Assembly (NCBI GenBank): GCA_016748015.1
Contig: JAAOMT010000135.1
Location: 699,326 to 763,325 of the forward strand
Direction of reading: 5' to 3'
Source of the DNA: Geosiphon pyriformis uo1
Lineage: Eukaryota; Fungi; Glomeromycota
DNA: 64,000 bases
The notes under the pieces are model-generated. The model searched no databases. It worked only from the letters and a program-made list of their open reading frames with translations, and was not told where the DNA came from. Within the stretch, counting starts at the first letter, position 1. Each line of letters starts with the position of its first letter. Positions 59,229 to 64,000 of the stretch are shown here, one piece after another. The position numbers and the translations under genes were made by a program.

Positions 59229-62200
59229 CTAATCTTGCCTTATTCTTGAAAGACAATCAACATTGGTATGGAGTTTTCCTGGTTTGTGGTGTACAATGTA
59301 TTGGTAATTAGCTAAAAATCCTGTCCATCAGATTTGTTTTGCGTTCAGCTGGGTGTTTTTGTTTTGAAGCCATTTAAGTCCAATATTATCAGTGATAATA
59401 TCGAATTCTTTGGGTCTGAGGTAAAGATTGAAGTGATGTAGGGCCCAGATTACTGCTGCGGTTTCTAATTCTGTTGTGGGGTAGTTCTTTTTGGCTGGCT
59501 TTAATGTTCTACTAGCATAAGCAATCACTCGCTCATTTCCATTGTCATCTAACTGTGATAGGATGGCACCAAAGGCAGTATAAGAAGTGTCAGTTGCTAA
59601 CTGGAATTGGTTGCTGAAGTTTGGATAGGCGAGGATTGGAGCTGTTGTGAGTTTTTCCTTAAGTATCTCGAAGACATTTTGGTGTTCTTCTGTCCATTTG
59701 TATTCGACATTTTTAGTAGTGAGCTGGTTGAGGGGTTTTGCAATTTCTGAGAATCCTTTGATAAATTTTCAGTAATAGGATGCTAATCCAATAAATCCTC
59801 TTAATTCTGTGGTATTTTGTGGAGTCTTGAAGTTTTTGATAGTACTGATTTTTCCGGGGTCTGGTTTAATTCCATTTTTGCTAACAATGTGACCAAGAAA
59901 AGCTAAACTTGTTTTTCCAAAGTAGCATTTTTCAATGTTTAGTTTCAATCCTGCTTTCCATAATTGTTGAAAAACTTCTCATAAGTGAATTAAATGTAGC
60001 TCAAAAGATGGTGAATAAACATCAGTGTCATTAAGATAAACTACTACTGATTTCCAAAGGAGGCCTTTGTAAACAACATCCATGAGTCTTTGGAATGTTG
60101 CTGGTATATTGCATAATCCAAAAGGCATTACATTGAACTTGTAATTTCCTCCTTGAGTGGTGAATGCTGTTTTGGGGCAGTCTTTGGGATTCATAGCAAC
60201 TTGCCAGTATTCACTCTCTAAATCTAATATTGAAAAGTATTTGGACTTTCCAAGGACATCCAACATGTCATCAATTCGGAGAAGAGGGTAGGCATCCCCA
60301 ATGGTGATACTGTTGAGTTGTTGGTAATCAACACAAAATCGTATCTTTCCATTTTTCTTTTTAACTAGGACCACAGGTGAGGCCTATGGACTCATTGATA
60401 GTTGAATAAGCCCATTGTTAAGCATCCATTGTACTTTTTCTCGGATAAATTGGTGACTTTCTGGGGCAACTCGGTAGGCTTGTTGTCACCTTGGTTTGAC
60501 ATCTCCTGTATAGATTTGGTATTGAACCAAATCAGTTCTTCCTAAGTCATTGTTGTTTTTAGCGAAGATGTCAGCAAATTCTGCAATTAGCTCTTTGAGC
60601 TGGGTCTGTTGTTGTGGTTCAAGTTGTCCCATGTTGATTCGAGATAGTTTTTCCATGACAACATAATAGTTTTCAGAGCTAGGGTTTGGGTTGATTTTTA
60701 GTAGTGAATGTCTAATAATTTCAGGGAAATCGGGGACTGTTTGGAGTAATTCTTGTTGAAATATATTACTGTGAATAACTCCAATTTCTAAATTATTTAA
60801 TAAAATTATGGGGTAATTATTGGGGTTGTAAAAAGTAACTCGGACTTTCTTTGTTTCTTCTGGAATATAAATGTTTAGGATCAAAATATTATGTTCCAAG
60901 CAGACTTGTTCATTGGACTCAAAAATTTGTTGTGTGGTTGTTGGCTTTGTGCAAGTATAGATTTCCAGATGTTCTCCAAAGGGTGAGATGGTAATTGGTT
61001 GTGGAAGTCTGAGAATCTGGTGGGATTTGTTCTGTGTGTTAAGAGCTATATTAACTGGAACTGTGAATCATCCAGTTGAACCAAAATCTTGGGTTCCTCT
61101 ATCACTTTTTCCTAATTGTTCTCTTTGATTGACTAGTTGTAAACCCGAAATGTTGATTAAGGGTAGGTAAATAGCTTGGGCAATTTTTTCAGCATGTTCA
61201 ATCTTGAATGGTTTATCAGTTTCATTTTGAAGCATCACTGTTATGTCTCCAGTATATCCAGTATCAATTATTCCTCCTCTGACATTGATTCTTTTGCTTG
61301 TCAGAGAGGACCGGGAGGTGATTTGAACCATTGCTTCTGGCAGGATTTTGAGTGCAATTTTGAGGTTGATTTTTGTGAGAGATTTGGGTTTGAGAACAAG
61401 AGTATCCTTGCCTGGATATCTTAGGTCATATCCAGCATCAATTTCGTGTGTCTTTTTGGGTTTTATTCCTTGTCCGTTGTTGTTGAAGTATTTAAGTTGT
61501 AAGGCAGGCTGATTTTCAATAAGGTAGATGAGTGTTGTTTCAATTTCTTCCGTTTCTTCAGGTTTTCCAAATTCAATTTCATTCTCATCATTTTCGCTGG
61601 GCAAGGAAATACTAAGAGCATAGCATTCAGGACACCATTGTTTATTGCAAGGCATAATGCATTCTTCACATAGTCTAATGTTCATTTGCTCTAATTGTTG
61701 AATTTGAGCTTCTTGGGTCGGGTAGGTATGACTTGCAATTTGGTGGTAGACTTCTACTTCATCTTCATAATCGAATCCAGCTAATTCCATAGTATATTCA
61801 ATGTATTCTGCTTCCTTCATTTGATAAATATCTTCCTTGGTAGCTCTATTAATTAATGCCATTGCTAAGTCGAAAATCATTTCGGCATCATAAGGGTAGT
61901 GATAAAGTTTGTTGAGAGCACTGTTGTATGCTGCATTAAAGAGTGTTCCTTTTTTTTACTTTTTCTGAAATTGATAAAGCATATTGGCAGGTCTGATCGC
62001 AGACGCCTCTTCTCATTGCTACATCAATCCAATTGTATTCTTCCGGTAGCATATCTCCACAAGTCAAACAAGGGGTGTTGTCCCATTTTTTACTTCTTTT
62101 TATTAGATAGTCCCATCGCTCTCTGTGGCAAGCCTTGCAGTAATAACAAGTATGATTCTTATATTCTTCTTCAGGTGAAATACAGGCTCCCATTGACGAT

Positions 62201-64000
62201 AGTTTCTTGTGGCAGTTCTTACATTTAAGGGGAATATAGGGGTGTTGTTTCCTTGGTTCAGGTTTTGAGTAAGGTATATTCTATCCAGAGGTTTTGGGTT
62301 TAGTGTGTGGGGTAAAATGTTCTTGTTTTGTTTCATCAGCCTAGTTGGACGTTGATCCAAGAGCCATGAATGTTTCGATTATTGGTTTTTCTTCTTCTGG
62401 TTCAAATTCAAAAGCTGGGGCTTTTTCAGAGCGTTTGTTAAATGTACCACAAATGGCAGGTACTTGGGCATGTTGTCCTTGGTAGGAAATTGTTAACTCT
62501 TGTGTTTTCCAATTCAGATTAGCATTGGCTTTTTGAAGCCAATCATTTCCAACAAGAGCTTGGTACTGGGGTGCATCCATTACAAGAACTTTGACTGGAA
62601 TGGTGATTCCATCAAGAGTGAATGGAAAATTGTTAATTTCTCCTACTGGTGTCTTTTTCATGCCATTAGCAGTGACAATTACTGTTTGAGCTGGTCGGTC
62701 GACATTTCTTTTCAACTGTTGCATTAACTGGTAGGTAATAATGCTTCCGGCGGATCCACTGTCTAGGATCAAGTGAATGGGCTTTCCTTCTACTTCAGCT
62801 TCTGTGTACATTGCAGTAATGGCTTTTTGCTCATTAGCCACTGCATTGCTAAGCAAGAATGGTGATTCATTTGCTTCAAATTCAAAAGGAAAGATATCAG
62901 AAAGATTAGCATTTTCAGCAATTCGGGCTGATAGAATAGTGGTGTGGTTATAAGAAGGGTTTCGTTGTTGTTGTGCTGTAGCTCTACCTTCCGAGAGTGC
63001 AGTATGGTGAAAATCCTGTTCTTCTGGCATTGTTAAATAACTGGGTTGAGTGTGGTAGTGGTTGGGTCTTGGTTGAATGGTATTTCGGGGAACCAATTGG
63101 TTGTTCGAACTGATTCTACTGTTGTTTACTTGGTATCAGTTTTGTGGTGTGAATTGATTTTGTGTAATCAGTCTTTGAGCAGGTGCTTGATAATGTTGTG
63201 TGGGTGGTTGTTGGTATTACTGTTGGATTGGTTGTGGGGTGGGCTGATAATAGTTATTTTGGTATTGGGGTCTTGGTGAATAGTAAGCTGGTGGTAATGG
63301 TTGATAATAAGATTGCTGTGGTGAAGAGTAACGTTGATTACCCCTATTTTGTTGGTCTTGTTGCAGCTTTCTGCAATCTTTTTTCTAGTGGCCAGAGATT
63401 CCACAGTAATGGCAATTCTGGGGCTGGTTATTGGAAAGTGGTGCAAAGTTATTTTGATTTCGTCTTTGGGGTGGTTGATATCTTTGGGGTTGTTGTTGTT
63501 GGTTGGTAAAATAGTTTTCGACCTTCTTTGTGAGTTGGTCAATTTTTTCCTCAGCTGCTGAGCTGGTTTCTCCAATTGCCAAATTTACAAGTTTTGTACG
63601 ATTGGCTTCTTCTATGGCCATTTCATATTTTTTCGCATGCTGTATGGCAGAGTTTAAATCTTCTGGCACATATGGGCGAACCTTTTTAATTAGTTTATCT
63701 TTTAGACCAGCGATAAATTGATCCAAGATTTGAGCATCAGAATAATAATCGTTTGTCTCGAGTTGGTGAATCTGTCTGAGAAGTTTGTTGAATTTCCCAA
63801 TATAAGTCATAACAGATTTGGAGGGTTCTTGTTTGATATTTCGAAAACGATTGCGAAGAGTGATGGAGGTATTATTGTCAGTGAACTGTTCAAGGAAGGC
63901 TGCTTTGAAAGCATTCTAATCATTGAATAGGACAACAAGATTTTTAAACCATTCTCCTGCTGTTCCTTTGAGAAAGTAGGGAATTGTTCTTAACATTCTG
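59229..64000 (-). pseudogene. F gag-protease-Cys-rich-dUTPase-RT-RNase H polyprotein
   Basis: CHYCGISGH; LILDSGSAGSII; AGYDL/RSSL/GGIIDTGYTG/IAQ/RGTQDFGSTG (61068-61500); YLND. One frame throughout except for an indel in an A-run at ~61950. Confidence 0.93.

Larger units (their letters stand above)
56011..64000 (-). mobile_element. Ty3/Gypsy element F (C family); 5' end beyond the window
   Basis: 3' LTR 56011-56990 similar to the C LTR; PPT tgaggaggagatta; colinear with C. Confidence 0.95.

Noticed and set aside
63046-63930. Hydrophobic antisense ORFs (also 23609-23899, 41133-41759, 43878-44210 and others)
   Set aside because: Shadows of CAA-rich coding strands; boundaries are not conserved between copies.

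Overview
The window is AT-rich eukaryotic DNA made almost entirely of nested, transition-eroded retrotransposons. No intact host gene, RNA gene or CRISPR array was seen. The proteins recall arbuscular-mycorrhizal/Geosiphon-type fungal repeats, but that is recognition from memory and unverified. (1) There are six Ty3/Gypsy LTR elements of three families plus a solo LTR. They have TGTTA...TAACA ends and 4-bp TSDs, and nest as D < A < (B < solo LTR; C), H1 < E and L2 < F. Their layout is unusual: gag - protease - Cys-rich domain - dUTPase - RT - RNase H - STOP, then integrase as a separate ATG-initiated ORF, then a conserved non-env ORF3. (2) There is one full-length APE-RT-RNase H LINE and a 3' part of a second LINE. 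(3) There are three copies of a ~2.3-kb ORF1-only LINE derivative (HAL1-like), whose two subfamilies carry 3' UTRs matching the two different autonomous LINEs. The best candidates for undescribed biology are the split integrase with 3n+1 spacers in all five readable copies, the ORF1-only LINEs with partner-matched tails, ORF3, the Cys-rich/dUTPase insert, and U5 sequences that covary with and fold over the PBS. Coordinates were counted by eye and all homology calls come from motif recognition, not database searches.
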